From: Myxococcota bacterium
GTDB lineage: Bacteria; Myxococcota_A; UBA796; CAJQPC01
Length of the DNA: 64,000 nt
Reading direction: 5' to 3'
Assembly (NCBI GenBank): GCA_036229005.1
Contig: JAZAMN010000039.1
Coordinates: 9,528-73,527 of the forward strand
Positions 39,178 to 48,489 of this stretch are shown one piece after another. The translations under genes and the position numbers were made by a program. The notes beneath the pieces are model-generated. The model saw nothing but the letters and a program-made list of their open reading frames with translations. It did not search any database and had not been told where the DNA came from. How positions within the stretch are numbered: the first letter of the stretch is position 1; each line of letters begins with the position of its first letter.

Positions 39178-40653
39178 ATGGACATCAAGAGCTTCCGCGG
39201 AACCCTGCTGCTGGCCCTGCTGGTTGGCGGCGTGGTCATCGGCGTCAAGGCCCTAGACCCCGCCGAAGAGGAGGTCGAGCAGACGGCGGAGCGCCCCCTG
39301 TTCGTCTTCGAGAAGCAGGACCTGGTCAAGTTCTCGGTGGAGCGGCCGGACGGCGTCGACCTGACGCTGGAGGAGCGCGCCGAGGGCTGGTTCATCGTAG
39401 AGACGGGCAAGCCGGCGGCCAAGACCCAGGTCAACCGCACGCGGCACCAGCTCCACGATCTGGTCGCCCGAGCCAGCGTGGTGGACAACCCCGAGCAGCC
39501 CTCGCTCTACGGGCTGGGGCCGGAGCAGGCGGTGCGCGTCACCCTGTACTTCCGGGACGGGAGCAGCGAGTCGTTCCTCGCCGGCGACCCCAACCCGACG
39601 GGGGTGTCGTACTACATGCAGCGAGAGGGTGAGGAGACCATCTTCACCGTGAAGAAGTCCGCTGTCGACTACTTCTCCCTGGACCTGGAGGACTTCCGCG
39701 AGCGGCGCTTCGCCAGCTTCAACGCCAAGGACGCCGACCGCATCGAGGCCGACCTGCCCCAGGGACGGCGCCTCGTGCTCCAGCGCACCAGCGAGAAGAG
39801 CTGGGAGATGGTGGAGCCGGTCGCGGGCATGTCGGTGTCCCTGGACCGCGCGCGCTCGCTGCTGGGCCGCATCTCGGTGCTCAAGGAGACCGGCGACTTC
39901 GGGGTGGAGCTGCCCGACGGCGACCCCAAGCTGGCGGAGTACGGCCTGTTGGAGCCCCGGGCCCGCATCCGCGTGTCCTTTGGCACCCGGGCCCCCCTGA
40001 CCCTGCTTGTGGGCGACGAGGTCCCCACGGACGACACCCAGCCCCACGCCTGGGTGCGGGTGGAGGGCCAGCAGACCGTGTTCGAGTCGCGGGTGGGCTT
40101 CCTGGACGACTACCTGGTGGACCCCCAGGAGCTGCGCAACCCCCGCTTTGTGGGGCTGGATCCCGACGAGATCGAGAGCTGGCTCGTGGAGCTCAACGAG
40201 GACGAGGACCCCGGCCTGGTCGGGGTGACTCCGGGCAAACGCGTCGGCGACACCTGGCAGTGGGAGGACGGCCGCCCGGTCTCCGGCAGCACCCCCAAGC
40301 GCGTGGCCGACCGCATGGCGACCCTGGACGCCGAGGCCTTCGAGGACGGGGTCCAGAACCTGCGGCCCTACGGTCTGGACACCCCGGTGGCGCGGGTCAC
40401 GCTGCACGACCTGAATGGAGAGGTGGTCGTGGTGCTCTTGGGCGATGAGGGTGAACCGCGCCGGGATGTGGAGGACCGCGTCATCCCGAGGATCTGGGCC
40501 ACCGTCGAGGGCAGCGACGGCGTGTATCTTGTGGATGGCTCCGCCCTGGACGTGCTCCAGGACGCCCGCCGCGAGCACAACAAGAAGCTCAAGAAGGACG
40601 CTGAGAAGGCGGAGCGTCAAGAGAAGATCCCTCTGGAGGCCACCCCCGAATGA
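39178..40653 (+). CDS. DUF4340 domain protein (tandem repeats)
   Basis: N-terminal TM; repeated YGL..P motif three times; typical fourth gene of this ABC locus. Confidence 0.8.
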   Translation: MDIKSFRGTLLLALLVGGVVIGVKALDPAEEEVEQTAERPLFVFEKQDLVKFSVERPDGVDLTLEERAEGWFIVETGKPAAKTQVNRTRHQLHDLVARASVVDNPEQPSLYGLGPEQAVRVTLYFRDGSSESFLAGDPNPTGVSYYMQREGEETIFTVKKSAVDYFSLDLEDFRERRFASFNAKDADRIEADLPQGRRLVLQRTSEKSWEMVEPVAGMSVSLDRARSLLGRISVLKETGDFGVELPDGDPKLAEYGLLEPRARIRVSFGTRAPLTLLVGDEVPTDDTQPHAWVRVEGQQTVFESRVGFLDDYLVDPQELRNPRFVGLDPDEIESWLVELNEDEDPGLVGVTPGKRVGDTWQWEDGRPVSGSTPKRVADRMATLDAEAFEDGVQNLRPYGLDTPVARVTLHDLNGEVVVVLLGDEGEPRRDVEDRVIPRIWATVEGSDGVYLVDGSALDVLQDARREHNKKLKKDAEKAERQEKIPLEATPE

Positions 40654-42125
40654 CTGCCCTGTTGCTGGCGCTCGCCTGCACCACGCGCACTGGAGACGCC
40701 GGCGCGATCGCCATCGCCTACCAGCACCACGTGGACGGCGACATCGAGCCCTGCGGCTGACCCAAGAATCCTCTGGGCGGTCTGTCCAGGCGAGCAGTGG
40801 TGTTGAGCAAGCTCCGCATGGAGTCCCCCACGGTGGTGGTGGACGGCGGCAGCCTGTTCTGGAAGTCCAAGGTGCTGCGGGAGTCGGAGCGCGCGCAGCG
40901 CCTGCTCAAGGCGGAGCTGCAGGCCAAGGTGGTGGCCCGGAACGGGATCGACGCGATGGTGCCCGGCGTCGGGGATCTGGCCCTGGGGCTGGACGAGTAC
41001 GCCCGCTTGACCGCCGAGCTGCCGGTGCTGTCGGCCAACCTGGTCTGCGGGGAGCGGAGCTGGCCCGGCTCGGTGGTGGTGGATCGCGGGGGCGTGAAGC
41101 TGGGAGTGATCGGGGTCAGTGGCGAGCTCCATCCGGACTGCACCCTCAGCCAGCCGCCCCTGGACGCGCTCCAAGCGGAGCTCCAGGGCATCGGCGAGGT
41201 CGACGCGGTGCTGGTCCTGGCCCACGTGGGGCGGGGCTTTGGAAACCAGGCCGCGCAGGTCGCCGGGGTGGACTTCGTTCTGGACGGGGCCGACGGTGCG
41301 AGCCGCAAGCACCCGCTGCAGGAGGGGAGCGCCTGGATCCTGGGCAACGGCAAGCGGGGCAAGACCCTGGGCGTGCTCAAGCTGGAGCCCGTGGAGGGCG
41401 CCGAGCTGTGGATGGACCGGGGGGCCTCCGAGGGGGTGGAAGAACGCCTCGCGCAGCGGCAGGAGCGCCTGGAGGAGGCGCAGGAGGGGCTCAGCAGTGC
41501 CTCGCCGGCGGACCGAGCCAAATACCAGTCGCGGGTGGACTACTACTCCAAAGAGGTGGAGGAGGCAGAAGCCGAGCTAAAGGCGGCCGCCAGCGCCGCC
41601 GGCCCCCGCTCCCTCTTCTCCAACGAGCTGGTCCCGCTGAACGCCGACGTGGGCGAAGACACCGCCATCCTGGCCGAGCTCGAGGCCCTGACCGAGGCCA
41701 TCGCCGCGCTGCCGCCCCAGGTCGCCTCGGCGCCGACCAGCATGGGCCCCTACGTGGGCTCGGAGAGCTGCCGGGGCTGCCACCTGGAGGCGTGGACCCA
41801 GTGGGCCGAGACGCCCCACGCGCGGGCCTACGCGAGCCTGGCCCGGGAGAACAAGGAGCTGGACGCGAGCTGCTATGGCTGCCACGTGACCGGCGCCTTC
41901 CACCCCGAGGGCCCGCAGACCCCGCACGAGGTGGGGCACCTCAAGAACGTGGGCTGCGAGTCCTGCCATGGTCCCGGCCGGGCGCACGTGGCGGACCCCA
42001 AGGCCGGGCAGATGCAGGGGGAGCCCCGGGTCCAGAGCTGCACGCAGTGTCACGACGGCGTGCAGGACCAGGGCGACTTCGACCAGTCCAGCTACTGGCC
42101 GCGGGTGGTCCACACCCCCCAATAG
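40650..42125 (+). CDS. Selenoprotein: UshA-like (C-G-U) lipoprotein fused to tetraheme cytochrome c (Sec at TGA 40758-40760)
   Basis: ATG 40650 (ATGA overlap) reads MTALLLALAC...GDIEPCG-TGA-PKNPLGGLSRR in frame with the 40797-42125 ORF; SECIS follows; hemes CRGCH, CYGCH, CESCH, CTQCH. Confidence 0.88.
40761..40790 (+). promoter_or_regulatory. Bacterial SECIS element
   Basis: Stem CTGGGC/GTCCAG closing a GGTCT loop, with bulged T40772; GGTCTG starts 18 nt after the TGA, as in the E. coli fdhF SECIS. Confidence 0.82.
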
Positions 42126-42138
42126 CGGGCGCGGCGGC

Positions 42139-42804
42139 TCAGTCCAGGCCGTCGTCCGCGTAGAGGGTGAGGAAGGCCTCGGAGCTGTCCGACACCCCGT
42201 CGTTCACCACCAGGCCGATGGTGACGTCGCCCGCTGCATTGCAGGTCAGCTCCGGCGAGGACAGGCTGGGCTCGTCGATGTCCGCGTCACCGACGACCAC
42301 CCGCCAGGTGTAGCTGAGGAGGTCGCCGTCCGCGTCGGTGGAGGACTCCGTGAGGGCGAGGGGGTCGCCGACCCAGCAGTCGCCCGGGTCGTCGATGACG
42401 GCCACTGGGGCGCTGTTGCCGGTGGTCACGCCGCCGCCCACGGTCTTGAAGCTGGTGCTGATCTGAGCGGGCAGGCGGCCGTAGCCGCGACCCTCCAGGG
42501 TGTCCGCGAGGGTGAAGCTGTAGATGGTGTTCTCTTCCAGCTCGGCGTCCGGGACGAGGCTCAGCGTGCGGGTCTGGTCGTCGTAGGACAGGGCGCTGGG
42601 GACGGGGTTGCCGCTGGGGTCGTCCAGGAACACGGCGCCCACCCAGCTATCGGTGACCAGGTCGTCGTTGAAGGTGGCGTGCAGAGCGGTGTCCGGCTCC
42701 ACAAGGGCGGCGCCGTTGGAGGGCGCGACGTGGATGACGGTGAGGTAGTCGGCCACGACCACCGGGTCGCCGCAGCCCAGGAGCAGGCTCAGGATGGGGA
42801 GCAT
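42139..42804 (-). CDS. Ig-like (Big_5) + PKD-like domain lipoprotein
   Basis: LLGC lipobox; P.NGA..V..D....TFN; NSAPVA..STDADGDLLSYTW. Confidence 0.75.
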   Translation of the reverse strand: MLPILSLLLGCGDPVVVADYLTVIHVAPSNGAALVEPDTALHATFNDDLVTDSWVGAVFLDDPSGNPVPSALSYDDQTRTLSLVPDAELEENTIYSFTLADTLEGRGYGRLPAQISTSFKTVGGGVTTGNSAPVAVIDDPGDCWVGDPLALTESSTDADGDLLSYTWRVVVGDADIDEPSLSSPELTCNAAGDVTIGLVVNDGVSDSSEAFLTLYADDGLD

Positions 42805-42812
42805 GGGGGACC

Positions 42813-44267
42813 TCAGAATGCGATGCGGTATGCGATGTTGATGCGGCTGCCGCTCAGGCGCTCCCGGGCTTCTTCGCCGTCGGGGTCCACGTTGCCGAAG
42901 CTGCGGCTGCCCAGGTTCATGGCCAGCTCAGGGGAGAGCACGCCAGGGCCGGCGTCGAAGTCCAGGCCCAGGGCCCAGCTCGTGCCGACGCTGACACCTC
43001 GGAGCTTCTCGTCGTCCTGGAGGCGGGTGCTGGAGTAGCCGGCCAGGGCGGCCCAGCCGTAGAAGTCGGCGAAGCCACCGTCGATGGTGTAGCGGGCGCC
43101 GAGCTCGAGGGGCCGGACGCGGGTGGTCCAGTCCACGGTCTGGGTGGTGGCGCTGCCGCCGATGGGGGGCTGGATGGCCAGCTCCTGCTCCAGGCCGACG
43201 CCGTAGCGGCCGAAGCGGGCGCCCAGGTGCACGTTGGGGACGTCCACCTTGTAGAGCAGGTCCACGCCCAGGTACCAGCTCGCCTGGTTGCCGGCGCGGG
43301 TGCTGCCCAGGCCGGTGCGCAGGCCCAGCCACAGAGGGGGCTCGTCGGTGCTGGTGCTGCCCTTGCTGTTGCTGGGGGGCGGCCCCAGGGTCTCGGGGGC
43401 GGTGGTCTCGGGGGCGGTAGTCTCGGCGGCCTGTTCGGGCTCTTCTGGGGCCTGCTCGGGCTCCTCGGGGGCCTTCGCCACTGCGGGCTCCTCGGTCGCA
43501 CCGGGCTCCTCGGTCACACCGGGCTCCTCGGTCACAGCGGGGCGGCGCTCGCTGGTGCCGACGGAGACCTCGGGGGCCTCCTCGGGGGTTCCGGCGGTCT
43601 CGGCCACTGCCTCGGCGGGAGCCTCGGTAGGAGCCTCGGCGGGAGCCTCGGCGGGCTCAGGAGTGGGCGCTTCGGTCGTGCCAGGGCGGCGCTCGCTTGT
43701 GCCGACGGAGACCTCGGGTTCCTCGGCGGGTGCCTCGGCGGCGGCCTCAGTCGGAGGCTCTGGGGGAGCTTCCGCGACCGCTGGGCTCACCAGCGCGCTG
43801 GCTGGGGCGTCGATCCGCGCGAGCATGGGGAGGCTGTCCCGGGTGGGCTCCAGGCTGAACACGTGCTGCCCAGGGGGCACGTTGATGGTGGCGGTGCTGA
43901 CCACGCTGGGATGGCCGCCTTGCCCGTCCATCAGGCTGCCCGCGCCGGACTTGCCGTCCGCCTTGATGGTCAGGATGTTCACCCCGTCGCCCTTGGCGCG
44001 GACCTGGCCGGTGGGGCCGTCGGTGTCTTCGGGGAGGCGCTGGATGATGTCCACCGTCAGGGTCGCCGGGCCCATCACGTCGAAGGTGAGGGCGCCACCC
44101 TGGGGGATGGCGTACCAGGGGCCGCCCTCCGGACCGCCCCGGAGCAGGGCGGGCTGGCTGTTGTTGTTGGGGGGCAGCGGGTCGGCTGCCGCCGGGGTGG
44201 ACAGCAGGGCCAGGCCAATCAGGGTCAGTCCCGTCGCCCAGCGGGCCGGGGTCAGAAGCGAGCGCAT
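42813..44267 (-). CDS. Exported protein with Pro/Glu/Ala-rich stalk and C-terminal outer-membrane beta-barrel
   Basis: Signal peptide, low-complexity repeats, amphipathic strands ending in YRIAF. Confidence 0.7.
   Translation of the reverse strand: MRSLLTPARWATGLTLIGLALLSTPAAADPLPPNNNSQPALLRGGPEGGPWYAIPQGGALTFDVMGPATLTVDIIQRLPEDTDGPTGQVRAKGDGVNILTIKADGKSGAGSLMDGQGGHPSVVSTATINVPPGQHVFSLEPTRDSLPMLARIDAPASALVSPAVAEAPPEPPTEAAAEAPAEEPEVSVGTSERRPGTTEAPTPEPAEAPAEAPTEAPAEAVAETAGTPEEAPEVSVGTSERRPAVTEEPGVTEEPGATEEPAVAKAPEEPEQAPEEPEQAAETTAPETTAPETLGPPPSNSKGSTSTDEPPLWLGLRTGLGSTRAGNQASWYLGVDLLYKVDVPNVHLGARFGRYGVGLEQELAIQPPIGGSATTQTVDWTTRVRPLELGARYTIDGGFADFYGWAALAGYSSTRLQDDEKLRGVSVGTSWALGLDFDAGPGVLSPELAMNLGSRSFGNVDPDGEEARERLSGSRINIAYRIAF
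43380..43780 (-). repeat. Intragenic short tandem/direct repeats
   Basis: 35-bp direct repeat at 43540 and 43684 (PEVSVGTSERRP twice); 18-bp TEEPG units; 15-bp TTAPE units; 12-bp EAPA units. Confidence 0.8.
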
Positions 44268-44273
44268 TCGGTG

Positions 44274-47200
44274 CTACTCCACGCCGAAGATTTCGATCTC
44301 GTTCACGCCACCGCCGACGCTGTAGTAGCTGTCGACGTAGAAGCGGACGTACTGGGCGGTGACGGGGCTGCTGAGGTCGATCTGGTGGTAGCGCAGGTCG
44401 GTCTCCAGGTCTCCGGTGCCGCTGTCGATGAGCTGCTCCTCACCGTTGAACTCGCCGGTGTGGGAGGCGTAGATCTCATAGTCCTTGGCGGCGTAGCTGT
44501 AGCGGGGGCCGTGGTGGGTGTTGACCCAGCGGATCCGGCCGATCCCGGTGATGTCCGCCAGCTCGACCTCGACCCAGCCCACCGAGCCGGTGCGGGCCAG
44601 CCAGTAGGTCTCGTCGGCGTAGGCGTCCTCGCTGGTGTCCTCGTCGATGACGTTGGCCGCCGTGTAGTTGGCCGAGAGGTTGGAGCTGGCGCTGGCGCTG
44701 CCGTCGGGGGCCAGGTTGTCGCTGATGGTGCAGACCTCGCCCTCGGTGTAGAGGGCCTTGAGCTCGGTGCCGGTGAAGTTGGACTCCACGAAGCGCAGGT
44801 TGTCGAGCTGCCCCTCGAAGAAGTAGCTCGTGCCCAGCGCGGAGCCGATGTAGAGGTCGGAGCTGTTGGTGTTCAGGTCCGAGCCCACGGTCACGATGTC
44901 CTCCAGGACGCCGTCCACGTAGAGCCGCAGCTTGGTGCCCGTGTAGTTGCAGACCACGTGGTGCATCGTGCCGTCGTTGTAGCCGCTGGCGCTGGCGGTC
45001 CAGTCTGTCCCCGAGGTGTCGCGGACCAGGCAGTACAGGTCGCTGCCGTCCAGGGCCGCCGCGTAGTTGTACACGCCCTTGTGGAAGAGCACCTCGATAT
45101 CGGAGGTCGCGCCGTCCCGGCTGTACCAGAAGTCGGCGGTGAACGCGGAGGAGAAGCTCAGGGTGCTGTCGTGGGTGATGCTGGCGTAGCTGCTGCCGTC
45201 GAACACGGCTGCGTTGCCCATCTCACCGATGATGCGGTCGGTGCCGGACTCGGTCGCGTCCAGCCCGTTGGGGCTGTAGTCGGTGGCCGTGGCGCCGGTG
45301 TCCTCGTCGAAGGCCAGGAAGAGGCTGTAGTCGTCGTAGCAATCGTCGCTGTAGGCCACGCTGATGCTCTCGACGTTGGTGCCGACGTTCCCGACGATGT
45401 CCTCGGAGTCGACCTCGATGCTGTTGCTCCCGTCCGAGAGCGCGACGTAGGCGACCCAGGTGTCGAAGTTCCCGGAGGTGCTCACCGCGGTGGCCCCACC
45501 CACGGTCAGCGAGGAGATCTCGCTGTCGTCGGAGGCCGTGCCCTCGATGGCGATGATGCCGTCGGAGGCGGTGGTGCCGGTCGCCGGCGAGGTGATGGTC
45601 GCGGTCGGCGCGTCGGTGTCCTCGTCGCCGCTACAGAACTGCTCGGTGTCGTTGTAGCGGTCGCTGATCTCGGAGGCGGTGAGGGCGGAGTCGTGGATGA
45701 TGAACTCATCCATCCTCCCGTTGAAGGCGTAGAAGCCAGGGGAGGGGCTGTAGTCGCCGATGACGAGGTCTCCCGTGCTGGTCCCGATGGCGCCGGAGCC
45801 TCCTCCAGAGCTCCCGATCGCCACGCCGTCCTCGTAGATCTCACCGTTGAAGCTGCTGTCGTAGGTGATGGCGTAGTGGTGCCACTCACCATCGATGGTG
45901 GGCGTCGCGTAGAGGTAGACGTAGGCGCCAGTTCCGGTCAGGCCGTAGAAGGTGAGGGTAGCCCCCGCCAGGTAGGAGGCGTAGTTGTAGCCCCTCCCGC
46001 TGTTCTCCTTCATGAAGATGGTCTGGGTGCCGCGGAGGTTGCTGTCGGGCTTCATCCACCACTCGATGGTGAAGTCCGAGGTGAGCTGCAGCTCGCTGCT
46101 GTCGGGGACGGTGACGCTCTCGCTGCCGTCGAAGTCCATGCCGCCAAAGACCCGCGCGCCCAGCCAGTCGCCGTTGGTCGCGGTGCCGTCGTTGCCGTCC
46201 CACGTGCTGTCCGAGACGGTGGTCCCGCTGGTCTCGTCCATGTGGAGCACGAGCACGGCGCCGCTGTCTCCAACCTCGATGTCGACGCGGTCGGTGTCGA
46301 AGTCGGTGCCGTCGTCGGCGTAGACGCGCAGGGAGTAGGTGCCCTCTGCGTCCGGGGTGAAGCTGGGCGTGGCGGTCTTGCGGTCGGTGATGTCGCCGTT
46401 GACCAGGGCCGAGCCGGAGGGGACGGAGATGAACACCCACTTGTAGGTCAGGGTGTCGCCGTCGTCGTCGGTGCTGCCCGAGGCGTCCAGGCTGACCAGC
46501 CCGGTCCCGCAGATCTCCTGGTCGTCACCCGCGTCGGCCACGGGCACGGTGTTGGTGGAGCCGCCGGTGACGGTCACCTCCATCGTGTCGATGTCCTTCT
46601 CGTAGGGGTCGTCCACGCGCAGGCGCACGGTGTAGGTGCCCGCGACGTCCGGGGTGAAGGTGGTGCTGACGGCGGTCCGGTCACCGAAGTCCGCGCCGGC
46701 GATCGACGAGCCGCTGGGGACGCTGGTGAAGCCCCAGTAGTAGGTGATGGGGTCGCCGTCCGGGTCGCTGGAGCCGCTGCCGTCCACCGTGACGGTGTCG
46801 CCCAGGGTGACGCTCTGGTCGGCGCCGGCGTCCGAGATCGGGGCGGTGTTGGCGCCGCCGCTCACGCTGATGCTCATGCTGTCGGTGTCGCAGGCGGCGG
46901 AGGTGTCGCAGACCTCGAGGCTGAGGCTGTAGGTGCCGCCCACGTCTGGCGTGATGGAGGGGGTGGCGGTGTCCGCGCCGGAGAGGTCCGCGGTGGTGAG
47001 GGCGGAGCTGGTCGGCGCGCTGTCCAGGGTCCAGGCGTAGGTGAGGGCGTCGCCGTCGGGGTCGGAGGATGCGCTGCCGTCGGCGCTGAGGGTGTCTCCC
47101 AGGGTGCCGCTGACGTCGGAGCCGGCGTTGGCCACGGGCGGGTTGTTGCCGGCGGCGCCCTCGACCTCCCAGGTCACGGTGTCGGTGTCGCAGAGGGGCT

Positions 47201-48353
47201 CGCTGTCGCACACGGCGAGCTGGATGAGCCAGGTGCCGGCCACGTCGGGCTCGAAGCTGGCCTCCAGGGTGTCAGCGCCGTCGATGTCCGCTGCGCTCAG
47301 GGTGGAGCCGCTGGGCTGGCTCACGAACTGCCAGGTCGCCTCCAGGGTCTCTCCCTCGGGGTCGTAGGAGGCCCGGCCGTCCAGGGTGATGGCCTCGCCC
47401 AGTCCGGCGACGCCGTCGCTGCCGCCGTCTGCGACGGGGGCCTGGTTCTCGCCCATACCGGAGCGCACGTCCACCTGGCAGCGGCTCTCCAGGGCGCCGT
47501 CGCTCACGGTGAGCTCCGCTCGGAAGACGCCGACCACGTCTGTGGTGAAGGTGGGAGAGGATTCTGTCTCGTCGCTGAGGCTGGCGGCGCTGCCGGCCGG
47601 GGGCGCGAGCTCCCAGGAGTAGGTCAGGGGGGCGCCCTCAGGGTCGGAGGAGGCGGAGCCGTCCACCTGGACCAGAGTGCCGACCTCGACGGATTGGCTG
47701 GGGCCGCAGTCGGCGACAGGGGGCTGGTTGGCCTCTTCCGTGATGACCAGGGTCAGGTCGTCCCGGATGCTGCGGGTGCGGCCGTCATCCACCTCGAGGC
47801 CCAGCACGTAGGTGCCGGGGGTGTCGGCCACGAACTCCGCGGAGGCGTTCTGCACGCTCTCGTGCTCCAGGCTGGGGGAAGCGCCGCTGGGGGCCACCTG
47901 CACGGAGAAGATGTAGCTCAGCGCGTCCCCGTCAGGGTCGAAGGAGGCGCTGCCGTCCAGGACGATCGGGACGCCGACGGCGATGGTGCTGCTCGTGCTG
48001 AGCACCGCCTCGGGGGCGGCGTTCGCGCCCTGCGCGGTGACGGTGACGATGTCGGGCGCGGAGACGTTGCCCTCGTCGTCGGTCACGGTCAGCGAGATGG
48101 TGTAGGACCCAGCCAGGTCAGGGGTGAAGGTCCCAGTGGCGGAGTCCCCAGGAGCCTCTGCCTCCGAACCATCGGGCGCTCCGACCACGCTCCAGGAGTA
48201 GGTGGTGACGAATCCGTCGGCGTCGTAGGACCCCGAGCCGTCCAGGCTGGCGCTGCCCCCGAGCGCGACGAGCTGGTCAAAACCAGCGTCGGCGGTGGGG
48301 TTGAAGCTCGCCTGATCCTTGCAGGCCGCCAGAAGGAAGAGGAGGTTGATCAT
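44274..48353 (-). CDS. Large surface lipoprotein: 7 PKD/REJ-like repeats, 2 LamG domains, Ig domain, F5/8 discoidin-like domain
   Basis: LAAC lipobox; repeated P.ADAG.D...LDGS.S.DPDGD.LTY.W; FTIEWW/WHH/F.G.MDE LamG motifs twice; C-terminal AQYVRF...VNEIEIFG. Confidence 0.88.
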   Translation of the reverse strand: MINLLFLLAACKDQASFNPTADAGFDQLVALGGSASLDGSGSYDADGFVTTYSWSVVGAPDGSEAEAPGDSATGTFTPDLAGSYTISLTVTDDEGNVSAPDIVTVTAQGANAAPEAVLSTSSTIAVGVPIVLDGSASFDPDGDALSYIFSVQVAPSGASPSLEHESVQNASAEFVADTPGTYVLGLEVDDGRTRSIRDDLTLVITEEANQPPVADCGPSQSVEVGTLVQVDGSASSDPEGAPLTYSWELAPPAGSAASLSDETESSPTFTTDVVGVFRAELTVSDGALESRCQVDVRSGMGENQAPVADGGSDGVAGLGEAITLDGRASYDPEGETLEATWQFVSQPSGSTLSAADIDGADTLEASFEPDVAGTWLIQLAVCDSEPLCDTDTVTWEVEGAAGNNPPVANAGSDVSGTLGDTLSADGSASSDPDGDALTYAWTLDSAPTSSALTTADLSGADTATPSITPDVGGTYSLSLEVCDTSAACDTDSMSISVSGGANTAPISDAGADQSVTLGDTVTVDGSGSSDPDGDPITYYWGFTSVPSGSSIAGADFGDRTAVSTTFTPDVAGTYTVRLRVDDPYEKDIDTMEVTVTGGSTNTVPVADAGDDQEICGTGLVSLDASGSTDDDGDTLTYKWVFISVPSGSALVNGDITDRKTATPSFTPDAEGTYSLRVYADDGTDFDTDRVDIEVGDSGAVLVLHMDETSGTTVSDSTWDGNDGTATNGDWLGARVFGGMDFDGSESVTVPDSSELQLTSDFTIEWWMKPDSNLRGTQTIFMKENSGRGYNYASYLAGATLTFYGLTGTGAYVYLYATPTIDGEWHHYAITYDSSFNGEIYEDGVAIGSSGGGSGAIGTSTGDLVIGDYSPSPGFYAFNGRMDEFIIHDSALTASEISDRYNDTEQFCSGDEDTDAPTATITSPATGTTASDGIIAIEGTASDDSEISSLTVGGATAVSTSGNFDTWVAYVALSDGSNSIEVDSEDIVGNVGTNVESISVAYSDDCYDDYSLFLAFDEDTGATATDYSPNGLDATESGTDRIIGEMGNAAVFDGSSYASITHDSTLSFSSAFTADFWYSRDGATSDIEVLFHKGVYNYAAALDGSDLYCLVRDTSGTDWTASASGYNDGTMHHVVCNYTGTKLRLYVDGVLEDIVTVGSDLNTNSSDLYIGSALGTSYFFEGQLDNLRFVESNFTGTELKALYTEGEVCTISDNLAPDGSASASSNLSANYTAANVIDEDTSEDAYADETYWLARTGSVGWVEVELADITGIGRIRWVNTHHGPRYSYAAKDYEIYASHTGEFNGEEQLIDSGTGDLETDLRYHQIDLSSPVTAQYVRFYVDSYYSVGGGVNEIEIFGVE

Positions 48354-48489
48354 GTCTCACGCTCCGTGTGCACGGTCCCCCGCCTGCTGGTCGGAATGCG
48401 AGGGAACTGAAAGAAACCCGCTCGAAGTATAGCGGAGTGCTTTCGGGTCAGTGCACTCCCCCCCCAGGGACAAACCCCTCTTTGGCTCC

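Noticed and set aside
40758..40760. Pseudogene, or a separate 36-aa peptide plus a 442-aa ORF
   Set aside because: The TGA sits in a CxU motif, is followed by a correctly spaced SECIS, and joins a signal peptide to a cytochrome domain; Sec recoding explains all three. A sequencing error cannot be fully excluded without reads.
43227..48410. 1727-aa plus-strand ORF
   Set aside because: Antisense shadow of the PKD/LamG gene, typical of high-GC DNA; no motifs
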